DNA of 54,136 bases, taken from the NCBI GenBank assembly GCA_018398765.1, contig JAHBMJ010000208.1, positions 1 to 54,136 of the forward strand, written 5' to 3'. A program made the translations under genes and the position numbers. Positions 1-13,084 of the stretch are shown here, in pieces (the first letter of the stretch is position 1; each line of letters begins with the position of its first letter). The DNA comes from Chromera velia (Eukaryota). Below the pieces are notes generated by a model. That model ran no database searches. It worked only from the letters and a program-made list of their open reading frames with translations, and was not told the origin of the DNA.

Positions 1-1006
1 TTTCCCGTGTCCTCTTTTCTTCCACTTACTTGCCTGGTCTCTCCACTTGTTTGACTTCTCTTTCCCGTGTCCTCTTTTCTTCCACTTACTTGCCTGGTCT
101 CTCCACTTGTTTGACTTCTCTTTCCCGTGTCCTCTTTTCTTCCACTTACTTGCCTGGTCTCTCCACTTGTTTGACTTCTCTTTCCCGTGTCCTCTTTTCT
201 TCCACTTACTTGCCTGGTCTCTCCACTTGTTTGACTTCTCTTTCCCGTGTCCTCTTTTCTTCCACTTACTTGCCTGGTCTCTCCACTTGTTTGACTTCTC
301 TTTCCCGTGTCCTCTTTTCTTCCACTTACTTGCCTGGTCTCTCCACTTGTTTGACTTCTCTTTCCCGTGTCCTCTTTTCTTCCACTTACTTGCCTGGTCT
401 CTCCACTTGTTTGACTTCTCTTTCCCGTGTCCTCTTTTCTTCCACTTACTTGCCTGGTCTCTCCACTTGTTTGACTTCTCTTTCCCGTGTCCTCTTTTCT
501 TCCACTTACTTGCCTGGTCTCTCCACTTGTTTGACTTCTCTTTCCCGTGTCCTCTTTTCTTCCACTTACTTGCCTGGTCTCTCCACTTGTTTGACTTCTC
601 TTTCCCGTGTCCTCTTTTCTTCCACTTACTTGCCTGGTCTCTCCACTTGTTTGACTTCTCTTTCCCGTGTCCTCTTTTCTTCCACTTACTTGCCTGGTCT
701 CTCCACTTGTTTGACTTCTCTTTCCCGTGTCCTCTTTTCTTCCACTTACTTGCCTGGTCTCTCCACTTGTTTGACTTCTCTTTCCCGTGTCCTCTTTTCT
801 TCCACTTACTTGCCTGGTCTCTCCACTTGTTTGACTTCTCTTTCCCGTGTCCTCTTTTCTTCCACTTACTTGCCTGGTCTCTCCACTTGTTTGACTTCTC
901 TTTCCCGTGTCCTCTTTTCTTCCACTTACTTGCCTGGTCTCTCCACTTGTTTGACTTCTCTTTCCCGTGTCCTCTTTTCTTCCACTTACTTGCCTGGTCT
1001 CTCCAC
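1..1006 (+). repeat. Perfect 60-bp pyrimidine-rich tandem array (~16.8 copies) forming the 3' part of an intron
   Basis: The unit TTTCCCGTGTCCTCTTTTCTTCCACTTACTTGCCTGGTCTCTCCACTTGTTTGACTTCTC is repeated identically from base 1. The last copy ends CTCCAC, followed by the acceptor AG at 1007-1008. Confidence 0.98.
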
Positions 1007-1008
1007 AG

Positions 1009-4000
1009 GCAAGACGTGCCTTCGAGATGCACATCCACAGAGAAGTGGGGTCTCTGGTGCGACCTCCGAGGAGTGAAGCCTCAAGTCTCCTCGAGGAGTG
1101 GAGACGCTTCATCGCGAAGGAGAAGGCTGTCGTTGCCATGCTCAATAGATTTGAGGGTCAGAAGGTGGCAGGACATTTTTCTTTCTGAAGCCGATCGATC
1201 GATGCTGCATGTCGAGGAAGTTGATCACAGCGGTTTGGAGCGGATCCCACTTCGGGTCTACTTTCAGCTAACCTTTTTCCCTCTGCAGTCCCAATTAATG
1301 AACATTATGATTTCGGCCCAAGGAAGACCGTCGAGAGTCCTGCAATGCAGAAAAGATCGAAAAATGTTTTGTGTCACTGGAAGCCGGTGCCCCGTTTTTT
1401 CTCTTCTCTGGATGGGAAGACTGGTGCGTCCACTCTCTCTCTCACATGGAAATTGTTGATAGACCTCTTTTTCTCGTCGCTCTTGTTCCTTCTTTCTCTC
1501 CAGGTGACGTCACTCTCCGAGCAGGCTGCTGGTTCCCCACCGCCGAGTTGGAGACGATCCAGCAGAGACTGGCTCTCCAAGCCTCCAGACTCCATGCGTC
1601 TGCATTTCTGGCAAGCGACGGGAAACCAATCACACACGCCACGGGGGGAGATGCGGATCCTCCATCGTTCATCAAGTCAGACTGGGTGCACTTGAGAATA
1701 TGCAGACATGGGGGGATTCAGAAACAGAGGAGTGCTGTTTGTCAGGGTGTCTCTCTGTCCGGTTCGGATTGCTTGTTTGGGTCTCCTTCTTTTTCCCAGC
1801 CTGCGCTCTGTGCTGTTGTTGGATGCTCATGGAAAACACAAGACAAGTACGTCTCTTTGTGTGTCTCTTCCTTGATCCTGCTGTATTCATTCTGTCTGTT
1901 TTATTTGCTCCTTCCCTTCCACCCTCTGTTTGAATCCAGGCGCAACGAGTTCACCTGGGCCTTCCAGGAACTTGTTGACACCTATGGGACATGCAGGTGA
2001 GTTGGCGTGTTGGTGGGTGGGGGTGTGCGACAAGAGAACAGGAGGCGTGAGTTGCGTTTCTCGAGTGGGTTTGTACAGGATGGTGCTTGGATGGGGTGGA
2101 AAGGATTCCTCGGTGCTCGTGCCCCCATCTTTCTTGGGGGGGAAGAAATGACCGCAGCAGGGATGCCAAAAAAGAAACAGGGAGCCTAGAGTTATTCTGG
2201 GAAGTGAACACTTGAACACGTGTTTTGTGCTTTTCTTCACTTGTTCCTGTTTGTGCTATCATGTTGGAGGTACTTCAGATACCAAGAAGCCAACCCTGGC
2301 GTCCTGACTTGCGTGACGTTTCCCTTTCTGTTCGGGATCATGTACGGGGACATCGGGCACGGGTCCATCCTTCTTGCTTTCGGTTGGTTGGTTGGTCAGA
2401 GAGGGGGGGGGAACAGTCACGCTGTCAGGCAGTGGGCTGCTCAGCTAGGGGTGGGTGGGTGAGCTCTGGATCAGTGGGGAAGTTTTGCTGGAAGAAGACA
2501 GTAGTCTGATTTGGTGTCAGTGTGCCTCGATGTCCCTCTCCAGATGTCTGTGCGTGTTTTTGTTCTTCGTGGACTCCCTGTCTCCCCATCAATCGTTCTC
2601 CCTCTCCCTCCAATACCCTTTTTTCGACACTGCGTTCTTCTCACTTGTTCCCTCCCTCCCCTGTCCCTCCCTGCAAGCAGGAATCTATTTGATGTTGAAC
2701 TCCAAAAGCCTGAAACAACAGGGGGGGGCTATGGCTGACATGGCAGCTGCAAGGTTCGCCCTCTGTTGGCCTTTTTTCTCTTTTGTTGATTTTTTTGCTT
2801 CTTTTCTTGCTTGCGGTGCCCCCTCTTACTGGTCTCCTGTTCGGAAAGACTGACGTGGGCTTTCTTGTTGGCGGCCCTCTTTTTCATTCAGAGGCCTCTT
2901 CTGTGCCGACATGCGTGTTTGTGTGGGTTGGGTGCGTCCTGTATCTGCTTGTCTGTGTGGGTCTGTGCCAATCCACGTCTTTCCATATCATCTCTCTGTG
3001 TCTCATACCTGTACATATGCATATCTGTGTGTGCATGCGTCTGTTTTTGTGTGTGCAGGTACATGCTGACGATGATGGGGGCGTTTGCCGTCTACGCAGG
3101 GTTCATGTACAACGAGTTCATGGCGATCGGGATCAACCTCTTCGGGTCGCAGTGGACAACAGATCCCAAAAATCCGGAGGACGTGAGTGGAAGAAGGGAG
3201 GGGCCGGTGTGACAGACAGCTTTCTTGACGGATGTGTGGGGCGTAGGCTGTTGGTGTTTCCTTGCGCGATGCTATCGTAATGGAGCAAGGTAACGATCCT
3301 TTTTTGATGAGGCACTGTCTGATGAGTCTTCCTTCTAGCTGCACCGTAAACCCCTTTCTCGTCGTTTCTGCCTTCCTTCCGTGTATTCTCTCTGTCTGCA
3401 GATGTTCCGGAAAGGGGGGCCCTACGTGTTCGGTCTCGACCCTGCGTGGAAGGGGGCGACGAACGAACTCGTTTTTTTGAATTCCTTCAAGATGAAATTC
3501 TCAGTCATTGTCAGTGAGTCAGTCAGTCAGTCAGTCAGCAAGTCAGTCAACCAATGCCTGGCAACAAAAAGAGGGGCGGGGGCTGAAGCTGAGGGATGAG
3601 CAGATGGGAGAAGTCACATTGGACTTCACCCATGGAAACGAAAAGTGAAAGGAGTTCCCGTCTCCGTGCTGAGACGTGATGCTCCGAAGCAGCGAGGGCT
3701 CATCCATGCATACTGATTGATGGTTGCCTTTCGAGGAAGTCAATTAATTCGCTGTTTTTGCTCCTATCCCATATTCGTTAGAGTTTTCCTCTACGTGTTT
3801 GAGGCAGCGGCTTGTGTGCCCTGTGCGTGCTGGTGTGAGAGATCCGTGCAGGTGGGTGTTGCGCAAATGACGGTGGGAGTCTTCTTGAAGGGGGGAAACA
3901 CGTTGCACGCAAGATCGGTGCTCGACTTCGTGTTCGAGTTTCTTCCACAAATAACTTTCATGACCTGTCTGTTTGGGTCAGTCTCGCTGCCCCGGTGTTT

Positions 4001-6657
4001 GTGTGCTTGTATGCCTCTCTCTTCTTGTTCGTCTCTCTCTTCTTGTGCGTCTCTCTCTTCTTGTGTCTCTCTCTCTTTTTGAGTGTCTCTCATTGACTTC
4101 CTATACTTTTTGTGTTTGCTTCCGTCCCGATGACTTCCTCTGCTTCCTGAATCCCCAAAAAACCTGCGTTCAACACAGTCGCGCCAGGTCCTTTTTTCAC
4201 CCGCTTTGCCAGCTCTGCTATCTCTCTCATTTTCTCCATCAGAATTTGTGGTCCTAAACAACAAAGAGAAATGAAGAAAGAAGAAAAGAAAATATCAAGC
4301 TTCCACTCTTCCGCGGGTGCTGTCGGGGCTTCGTCGGAGCTCAGAAAAAACCTCATGAAGCAGACATGTCGGAGGGTAATGTGGCACATTCCTTCTTCCA
4401 CCAGTGCACCAACGCTGCATGAATACACGCGTGGATGCATGAGTCCCTACCTGTCTGCACACATGCAGGTACATGGACTTTCTGATTGTGTACAAGTGGC
4501 TCCAGTCAACTGATGACCCGAATGCGAAGTTCCCTGGTGGGTCGGGGAAGGATGATGGGGAGAAGAGGGGAGAGCTGTGAGGGTGGTTTCTGGCCCTATC
4601 CGGCTCTCTTTCATTCTCTCTTTCTATCTTTCTGTATGAGGGGATGGATTCCCGGGGGGCTGCCTTTTGTGTTCTGTGTCCCCTCTCTTGTCTGTTTTGG
4701 TGCACAGAGACATTGGAAAAGCGATAAATGCAAAAAGCGTCCTTCTGCCAAACAATCGAAAATCCCTCTTTCCTCTTCCGTTCTGATTGCATGAACGCAT
4801 GAGTGCATGAACGCATGAGTGCATGCATGATGGAGTGCAGCCCTGATCCAGTCGATGATCAACATGGTCCTCGTGAAGCCTGTCGATCCAGAGAATCAAC
4901 TGATACCGAATCAGGGAGCAATTCAATCAGTCAGTCAGGCAGGCAGGCAGTCAGGCAGAAAATTCTTTTGTCCTTTAGTCCGCCTGGCTCGATGTCGATT
5001 TTGCGAGAGAAGGGACTCGAGCTTGGGGCGTTTTGTGTTTCTTCTTCCTCAGCCTGGATTTCTGGGCGACAGACCACCCATTGGTACGTCTGCCTGCCCG
5101 TCCGCCCCTCTTTTTTCTGTCCCCCACCGCCGTTCGTTTCTTCCAGTGAGCATGTGTGCGTGTGTCCTCCCTCACCCCTTCTCTTTCTCTGTGCAGTGGT
5201 TACTGCTGGCTGCTGTGTGTGCCGTCCCGATTATGCTCTTCCCCAAGCCGATCATCTTGCTGATTGCCCATTCGGTAAAGCAGAGAGGAGAACGAGGAGG
5301 GGGAAGGAGGGAACCCAGGGGGGAGGGGGACGAGGGTGAGTTCGGAAGGGGGGGAGGGATGGAGGGGGCAATCTGAAATTCGAGGTCAAACGAAGAGGCA
5401 GGCCGAGAGGAGAAATAAGGAAGCGGGGTGTTTACTCGTTCATTAGTTCTTGCGTCCGACGGCACTTCTTGGACGCTCTGTCGGTCTGCCTCTCCTCCTT
5501 CATTCAGACTGTCTGTCAGCCCGTCTGTCTAGCTGAGTGAATCCGCGAAACACCACCCCACTGAGTCCCTCATTTGGTTGTCGACAACAGGTTGGAGCTG
5601 TCCCTTTTTGTGTGTGTGCCTCTGGAAAAAAGTTCTGTGGATACCCATTTTCCACTGAATGCCTCTTTCGTCGCGAATCTGATCTCAGCAAATTGACTTG
5701 TGCATTCTTTTCTGGTTGTCCTGTACCTGCAGGGGGGGGTGCCTATCACAGGCTTGAAGAGGGGGCTGCGGGAGGGGGCGCGCGTGTGCACCCTGAGGCG
5801 CCGTCTGCAGCCAGTGGGGGCCCTCGGGGGGGGGCGGTGGGGGCTCATGTCACTGCCCATGGGGGGGAAGGGGGGGAGGTGGTTGGGGGGGAACACGGGG
5901 AAGAGGGAGAGGAGTTTGAGTTTGGGGAGATATTCATTCATCAGGTCAGCAGCTTGGGGGAGAATTAAGGCGGCTCTCTGACAGAATGCACACTCACGCA
6001 CGCACACACACAAATATTTATGTCGAAATGCGGACTCCCTTTTCTCAACCTCGGGTTGATGCGCCATGTTGCTGGTCTTGGAGAATCAGATGAGTGAGTG
6101 CACAGGTGGACACACGCCCGTGCAGCCTGCATGCGGTCCTTCGAGAAACAGATCTTGTATGAGAGGACATGTTGGCTGGCTGTACAAATAGGGAGAGGAA
6201 TCACAGAGAGCTGTGTGAGGTTCGGATTGATGCCCCTCTTGGAACGCGTGTGCGTGTTGGCGTTCGTCGACAGGTGTGCGTGGAAGAGGGTGTGCCTCTA
6301 TGATTCGTCCGTGCAATTTGGGTGCGAGAGGAAGACAGTCTGTGTTTTCAGTACAGCTTTGCCGAGCATCTCTCTGTCTGTTTCTGCGTGCAGGTGATTG
6401 AGACGATCGAATTTGTTCTGGGTACAGTTTCCAACACGGCGTCCTACCTTCGTCTCTGGGCCCTCTCGCTTGCACACCAACAGCTCTCTCTGGTGTTCTT
6501 CGACAAGTGCGTGGGGGCAGCCATGTCGATGCCTGACTCCATCCTCAAACCTCTGGCGGTCAGTAATCGACAGCTAGGCAGTTTCTTGGCTCGGGCTGGC
6601 CAAAAAAGGGGAGAACAAAAGCGGGGATCAAGAAGGATAGGGGTGTGCGGCCTTCGC

Positions 6658-6691
<34 letters not shown>

Positions 6692-7479
6692 CGTGCGCGC
6701 GCGCGAGATAGATAGATAGATAGATAGATAGAAAGATAGATAGAGGGCGAGAGGATTGCCTTTCCGCGATGTCCTCTTCTATCCGTCGTGCTGTGATCTG
6801 GTTGCACCAAACTGCGAAGCGCGCGTGCAGTGTTTATCTTCATCCTCTTTTTTCTGTGGGAGAAGACAAACATGGATCATTCTCATGTCTGCAGCTCGAT
6901 GTTGTTCTTGAGTTACCGACGAATCCTAATTGGTCTCTTTGAAGTGATTCCCACGTGTGGATGCTTTTGCCATCGATCTGTTTGCAGATCTACGTGGCTT
7001 TCGCAATCTTCATGGCGATCACGTTCGGTGTGCTCCTCTGTATGGATGTCCTCGAGTGCTTCCTTCATGCACTTCGGCTGCAATGGTAGGTACAGGGGCT
7101 TCCTCGGCTGTCTTTTTTGTAGTCGGGGCCCTGTTGACAAGTTATTTATGTGGCCGGTCTTCTTTAAGAGAGCTCTGTGAGAGCGCGATGCCTCTCTGTC
7201 GTCTCAAGGGGTCCTGTGGGAGTGTTTTTGGAGGAACGTCTGGGTTTGACAGGCATCGGTTGGAGGGCGTTTCGTAGCGGTTTAGAGAGAGACCTGTGCG
7301 TCCCTTCTGTTGCGTTTTTTTCGAAACGTGGCTGTGTGTTTGAATAGTAATTTCAATGCTCTTCCTGTCTGCCTGCCTGCAGGGTTGAGTTCCAGAACAA
7401 ATTCTTCAAAGCAGACGGTCACCCCTTCTCTCCATTTAAATTGGAAACAGTTCTGACGAAGAGCGACTCGGCAGACTGA
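1009..7479 (+). CDS. ATP6V0A: V-type H+-ATPase V0 subunit a (Vph1/Stv1 family), spliced; the 5' part lies outside the window
   Basis: Hand-spliced GT-AG exons: 1009-1156, 1504-1675, 1940-1996, 2279-2382, 2681-2753, 3059-3182, 3402-3509, 3852-3976, 4469-4536, 4841-4929, 5197-5335, 5733-5944, 6394-6558, 6988-7085, 7383-7479 (TGA). Family motifs: [114 protein letters not shown]. Confidence 0.96.
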
Positions 7480-9324
7480 GAAGAGAAGGGAGGAAGGGGG
7501 AGAGAATGTTCTCTCTCGTTCCGAGTATGAAAGGAGAGCGTGGCTCGGTGTGTGGAAATATCTAGTCAGGTGAGAAAGCCAAAAGGGACACCTGCAGAAT
7601 TCAAGCAAGAAAGTCCAAATTCTTTGCCCTATCTGTAGACGTTGATTGCTTCCTCTCTCTGGCTTCACATGAACCACATGAGGAAGTGTAGTGGCCTTTT
7701 TCTCTTTCTCTTTCTCTTTTTCTGACTGTCTCTCCAGTTTCTTCCTCTGTCTTTGTCTGTCTGTCAGCCTGTCTGTCTGTTTGTTGTAGGGAAGCAGCAA
7801 AGGCCGTCGACCAAGCTGTAAGCAACTCGGAACCTTTCACTTTGTGGTTACGAGACGTGCGCTCTCTGGGACACTCTCCTGGTCCTGTTTGTCATTCAAT
7901 GATGGTTTTCTGTTAGACGGTTCACAGGGTTGGGAAGGAAGAAGGGGAAAAGAAAGATCCTGCAGGGTGTGGGAAAGACGAAGGGAAAGAAAAACAGAAA
8001 GTAAGTAAGAAAGAAAGAGTGGCATGAAGAGAAGCGAGCAACTCAGAAGAAGCAAAAGATGTGGAGGAGGAGGAGGAGGAGGAGGCAAAGGGATCATCAA
8101 TCCAGCAAGACTGGGAGAGGAAAATAATTCATTCATTCATTCATCGGAAGTCCGATGGAACGACGATCGAAGGAGAGATTTAGTCGGAGGAGCCGGAAAA
8201 AATTGAAAACGGGCTGTCTGACTCATCTCATCAGCGAAACGCGCAAGCGAGGGATCGACAGAAAGACTTAGAGAGGGGACCTCCGAAAGCCGTAGAAAAG
8301 AAAGTATGCCTTTCTTCTTGTTTGCGGTTTTTTTCATCAATTCCAACACATTGGAGAAAATGAGTCAATCCGGTGGGAGAATTACCAAAACAGGAAATAA
8401 ATCTGTGGGCGGGCGAGGGCCTGCACAGCACAGCACAGCACAGCACAGCCAGACCAAACGAATGACGACGGTGTGTGTGGGGAAAGAAAAAGGGAAAAAC
8501 GGACACCTGGCAATGACAGACTCCCAACCGTGCTTTGAGGTAGCACCTCAACCTCATTGAATGATCGTGGTAGAGTCAATTCAGAGATCGAGCCTGAATG
8601 GGCAGCTGAGGAAAAGAGGTTCCAGCAGAAAGCGACGGGGGTGAGGTCGTATCTAGGAAATTAGATCTTTCTCTCTTCAAGTTCTCCTGGCATGTAGAAC
8701 TGTAGAGCTTTTTTCATCTCAATTGATCTTAATACGCCGGACAGATCTTTTCGAGGCCTTTCATCTTGTTCCATCGTTTTTTATTGTACACAATGTCTTC
8801 AACGGTCTGTCTTTTCGTCGTCTCTCTACCTTGCTGATTTTTCGTTGTTTGATTCCTCTCGCGTGTTCTATCTAGCCATCGATCGCCACAGCGACTTCCG
8901 CACTGCTTGCCAGTGCTCAAGCTGCCCCTTCTGTTCATAATTTCTGGAAACGTTTGGTCAACAGTGTGATCAATTACGTGAAGAATTGGTTCTTTTATAC
9001 TCTATGAATTTCTCGGCCGGGGTTTTTCAAGAGTATATACTGTAACGTATATTACCTGGCGAATTACTAACAGTTCAATCGCTAGAGCTTTATGAGGTTT
9101 GAATGCTAAATTGAAGCAATGCTGATGTTGTCATTGAAATTATTTTTTCTAGCACTTTTTCATAGTCTAACTATACTATGGTATCAATTAAATTCAATTA
9201 ATTTCTAGATTAATTTTGAATAAAATTCTGTATAGAATAAATTACTTTCAGTTTAGTAAGACGGGGTTGGCAGTCTAGTTAGCCAGAGCCAAGGAGCCTA
9301 AGAAATGATTTACCGCCGAGTTAT

Positions 9325-9763
9325 TAGTGATCAGATTTGATTTGAGCTTCAAGCTTAAATCTGACCAAATTTGAAGTAGATTTGAGGTTGAAGTTTAGAG
9401 CTCACTCTCGACATCACTGAAGACGACATGGCACAGTCGACACCACTAGCAAATCTTGGAAAGCCGGGTTCAAAGCCTTAGAGACAAGAAAATCACTAAA
9501 AACTAGACTAAAAGCTAAATAGCCTAAATTAAGACTCTTAAAATTAATGAGCCATTGTCAAAGCTAAGAGCTTACATAAGTTTTTATCTTAGAGTTATCC
9601 TAGAGAGTCATCTTGATTTAAGAGTTGAGTTATCCTAGAGATTTGAGGTTAAAAGGTCAGATTTGAAGTAGATTTGATAGGCCCTATCAAGCTAAAGTCT
9701 CTCAGGCCTAAGATTTGATTTAACGTTAACCCCCACTTCAAATCAAATCAAATCTGGTCACTA
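9325..9763. mobile_element. Non-autonomous TIR element (MITE), hAT-like
   Basis: TIRs TAGTGATCAGATTTGATTTGA / TCAAATCAAATCTGGTCACTA. The 8-bp TSD is CGAGTTAT (9317-9324) / CGAATTAT (9764-9771). AGATTTGA motifs recur inside. Confidence 0.8.
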
Positions 9764-10435
9764 CGAATTATATGCACCGGCTTAATTCAATCTAAAAAAT
9801 ATTAAGCACCAATCATCATTATCATACTCTGCATTCTATATAGTATTTAGTATGATGAAGCTAGCATCTAAAAATCTAAATGAAACAGAAAGATGCAGCA
9901 CACATATAACATTTAATACAGTATATAGATAAGAATCCTGGGATATTATGGATTTAATCCGTCATTAATTGTGACTCGTATTAATAAAGTTGTGAGTCAA
10001 TTCAAAGTTTACTACGATAAGTTGTTGTGTGATTGAAGTGTTAGGCAAGTCATCTAAGAAATGTATGCCAGTAGTCCCCCCCAGCCTCCCAAAGTATTAA
10101 GAGCTACAACTACAGGAAGCCTTCAGAATAGACCAAGGGAAGTGGCGCTAGTCAGACTCTAGTGAGGCTCCAAGATAGTCTAAGTGTCTGTAGAGTCAGA
10201 GGTTAGGTTCAAGAGAGTTCAATCTATGGCGCTAAGGTTGATCGCTTATCAATCAATTTCACAGCAATATCGAGTGCAGATCTTCGCATTTTTGCTCAAG
10301 TTTGGAAGCTGGTTTCAGAAAGGCAATTCTGATGGTGTCGGACCTCCCGAGATGACCGACGACCTCGGAGGTCTTCTCGGGGAAATCTGGATTTTGATTT
10401 TTCTTACGTGATCCGATTTTGCAGATGCACCAGTC

Positions 10436-10740
10436 TATTCAGACCGGGCGATTATTCGATTTCAGAGCCGAATAATTGCCGCGCTTAAATTTGAATTCAA
10501 ACCGTACGGAATTTGACCAGGTAAAATTAGGTATTGTAAGCTTCGACCGCGTGGTATTCGGGTACTTCGAATTCAGACCGCGCATTATGCAGTTTTTGGT
10601 CTGACGGTTATTCGAATTCAGACCGCACACTATTTGATATCTCGATTTCTGACCGCGCTTCTTTCTATCTTCGATTTTAGAGCAGGTCTTATTCAGTTCT
10701 ATCGATTTTAGACCGTGCTTTATTTGGATGCTTAGATTTT
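10436..10740. repeat. Degenerate ~28-bp tandem repeats (TTCGAWTTCAGACCGCGC-like core)
   Basis: TTCGAATTCAGACCGC, TTCGATTTCTGACCGC and TCGATTTTAGACCG variants recur at about 28-bp spacing. Confidence 0.7.
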
Positions 10741-10747
10741 AGAATTC

Positions 10748-10819
10748 TGCCGATAGTGGGACTCGAACTCGGGACCTCTCGGCCCGAGCCTCTCGTCCCA
10801 ACCACTAGGCCACGGAGGC
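10748..10819 (-). pseudogene. tRNA-derived sequence (pseudo-tRNA or SINE head)
   Basis: The minus strand reads GCCTCCGTGGCCTAGTGGTTGGGACG...CCCGAGTTCGAGTCCCACTATCGGCA (72 nt). It has an A box (TGGCCTAGTGG) and a B box (GTTCGAGTC), but the acceptor and T stems pair poorly. Confidence 0.65.
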
Positions 10820-11707
10820 TGGGTCCTGACTTAGAGATCGTCTTTGCCTGGTTCTTGTCTTTTCTTATCTTCATCTATAGGTCGGGTATATTTTTAAACT
10901 GTTAGAATAGTAAGCTATTCAGAGACTAGTAAACTATTCCGATAGGTATGAAGTCATTTTTTAAATTGTAAGATCTGACTAGGGTGAATAGTGAACTATT
11001 TACACTATTCACACACCACATCATAACCAAACAAAAACACCCATGTAAAACATTCATGACAGTGCATATTTATGCACAGTGGTGCTATATAGAGCGTCGC
11101 CGAACCTCCCCAAAGGACAGTCAACTCAGGCTAGCTACGAATTGATCCTATATATCAACATTCAAGCGCGTTTCGCAGCGACTGTCGCTGCATAAGGGCA
11201 TCTCTCCTCCCGTGCCAGTTGTAACGAACGTCTGGCATCAAGAGCACACGATTGACAGTGTGTTTTAATGTGTTTTACAAAGAAAACGTCACCTCAATTT
11301 CTTTTTATACGAAACATACTTTGTATTTAGAGGTGCACCATACACCGGGCATTCATTGACTCCGAGTTCCTTCATTGTTTCAACAAAGCAAAGAAGCTCC
11401 CCAATAAAAGAGGCAAAAGATTCAGAGACACTCTCGGGCGCCTCAGCTTTCAAATAAAAAGTATAAAGCAACGCAAATATCAGTAAAATAAATTTGGGAG
11501 TCAAAACCCCGGTTCGAATCAACATCGATCAAAGAAGAGAAATTTTTCTGAAAGCCTGAAAGAGAGAGACAGAATGATAAAGTGAGAGAGGGGTTGCGGG
11601 TGGGGCGGACTTTGGGTGGAGGGAGGGAGGCAGATGGGAGGGAGGGAGGGAGGGAGGGAGGGAGAAATATAATGGGAGCGGGAGAGGGAGAAGGCCAGGG
11701 GAGGGAG

Positions 11708-11745
<38 letters not shown>

Positions 11746-11900
11746 TGAGAGTAAGAGAAAGAGAGTTTTTAAATACCCTCCTCCGCCGATGAATTCTGGG
11801 ATATTCAGCAATCAAACACTAGTTCAAACACGTCTCTGGATGGGATGGAGCGACCCAATTAATTAGGTGCGACGCAGAGTGAGAAAGACTTCCACTTGCA

Positions 11901-11972
<72 letters not shown>

Positions 11973-12133
11973 AACATGCGTATGGCACTGCCCTGAACAA
12001 TACCAAGACTGTGGGTTTGATCATTAGGAGTCACGTGGTGGACAAAAAACTTATCTGAATACGTGTTATCTTTGTAGATCGACATTCGTGCATATACCCA
12101 TCGAGACCTTAATATATATAAGATAAGGCTTCC

Positions 12134-13084
12134 ATGCAGAACAAGGCAACTAACCAGCCAAAGAGGAAGTACACTGGCGGGAAAGGGCCGCGGAGAGCAA
12201 AAACGAGCCGGGAGCTTACTAAAACCAATGTCGAGAACGCCACCTCATTTTTGTCCGCTTTTCCAAGCAGACAGAACGTTGCAAAGTCGCTTCAGGTTAT
12301 ACAAACCCCATTCCCCCTTTTTTCAACAGAAGAATCTGTCTTTACAGACAGAAAAGAAAGTGAAAGAAAGCTTCTAAAAGCGGACAAAAACGATGCGGAA
12401 CCCACGGCCGCTTGCGTAGACGGCCTTTCCGATTGGCCATCGATCTAAAATCTGAAAGTGTCGCCTGAACAGATCGAAATAGACATCCTGCCGTACACGA
12501 TCAAATTCCAAAAACCACAGCAGTAGCAGCAGCAGCAGCAGCAAGAGGGAGAGGGGAACGCCGAAACGGTTGACACTGAATCGTCAGTCTTAGGCACAGT
12601 CCCTCTCCCCTTCGTCGACACCCGCGAGGCCCTCCCCCCCCCCNCCCCCCCCCCCCCCAACACCGAAGTTCGTATCGCTTCTGCAATTCTTCGTGCATCT
12701 GAGCTCGATGAGGAAGCGTAGGATCTTTTTGAAGACGTAGAAGAAGGGCAAGGTTCGAACAGGTAGACTCTGCTCACTTCAGCAGTGAGCAAGAAAGAAG
12801 CTTCGATCGCCCTCCTGCGGGATGTTCTCGCTCTCGACACCTCTGCTCGTATCTCGCGTCTGCTTGAGAAAGCCGAGCCGCTCTTGCAGGAGATGCATGA
12901 CGTACTCGCACAGGGTCCGGATGCTAAGAGTTCAGCTCTCCGTGCGATCGCGTTCGAGATGCAGTACCGCAATCAGAGGAGAAGACGCATGTGTGCGTCG
13001 TCCGACTGTTCGGACGACTCCGACGACGGTATGTACTCCGTTTCTTCCGGCGAACTCTCCTCCTGGCGAACGTGGCCGAGCTAA
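12134..13084 (+). pseudogene. Disrupted ~316-codon frame of unknown function
   Basis: ORFs 12134-12448 and 12785-13084 share a frame. The frame is broken only by TAA 12446, TAG 12524 (inside a CAG run), TAG 12719 and TAG 12764. No recognisable domain. Confidence 0.45.

Noticed and set aside
30..1459. Long repetitive ORFs of 348 and 470 aa
   Set aside because: They result from a stop-free 60-bp intronic repeat. The real exon starts at 1009 in the third frame.
7480..8940. Possible minus-strand gene downstream of the V-ATPase
   Set aside because: Only short ORFs with stops, no motif and no consistent exon chain.
10748..10819. Functional tRNA gene
   Set aside because: The acceptor, anticodon and T stems do not pair properly.
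12134..13084. Alternative genetic code (TAA/TAG = Gln)
   Set aside because: Both host genes end in TGA, but their exons have no in-frame TAR and encode Gln as CAR. TAR stops occur only in decayed sequence, together with TGG>TGA changes.
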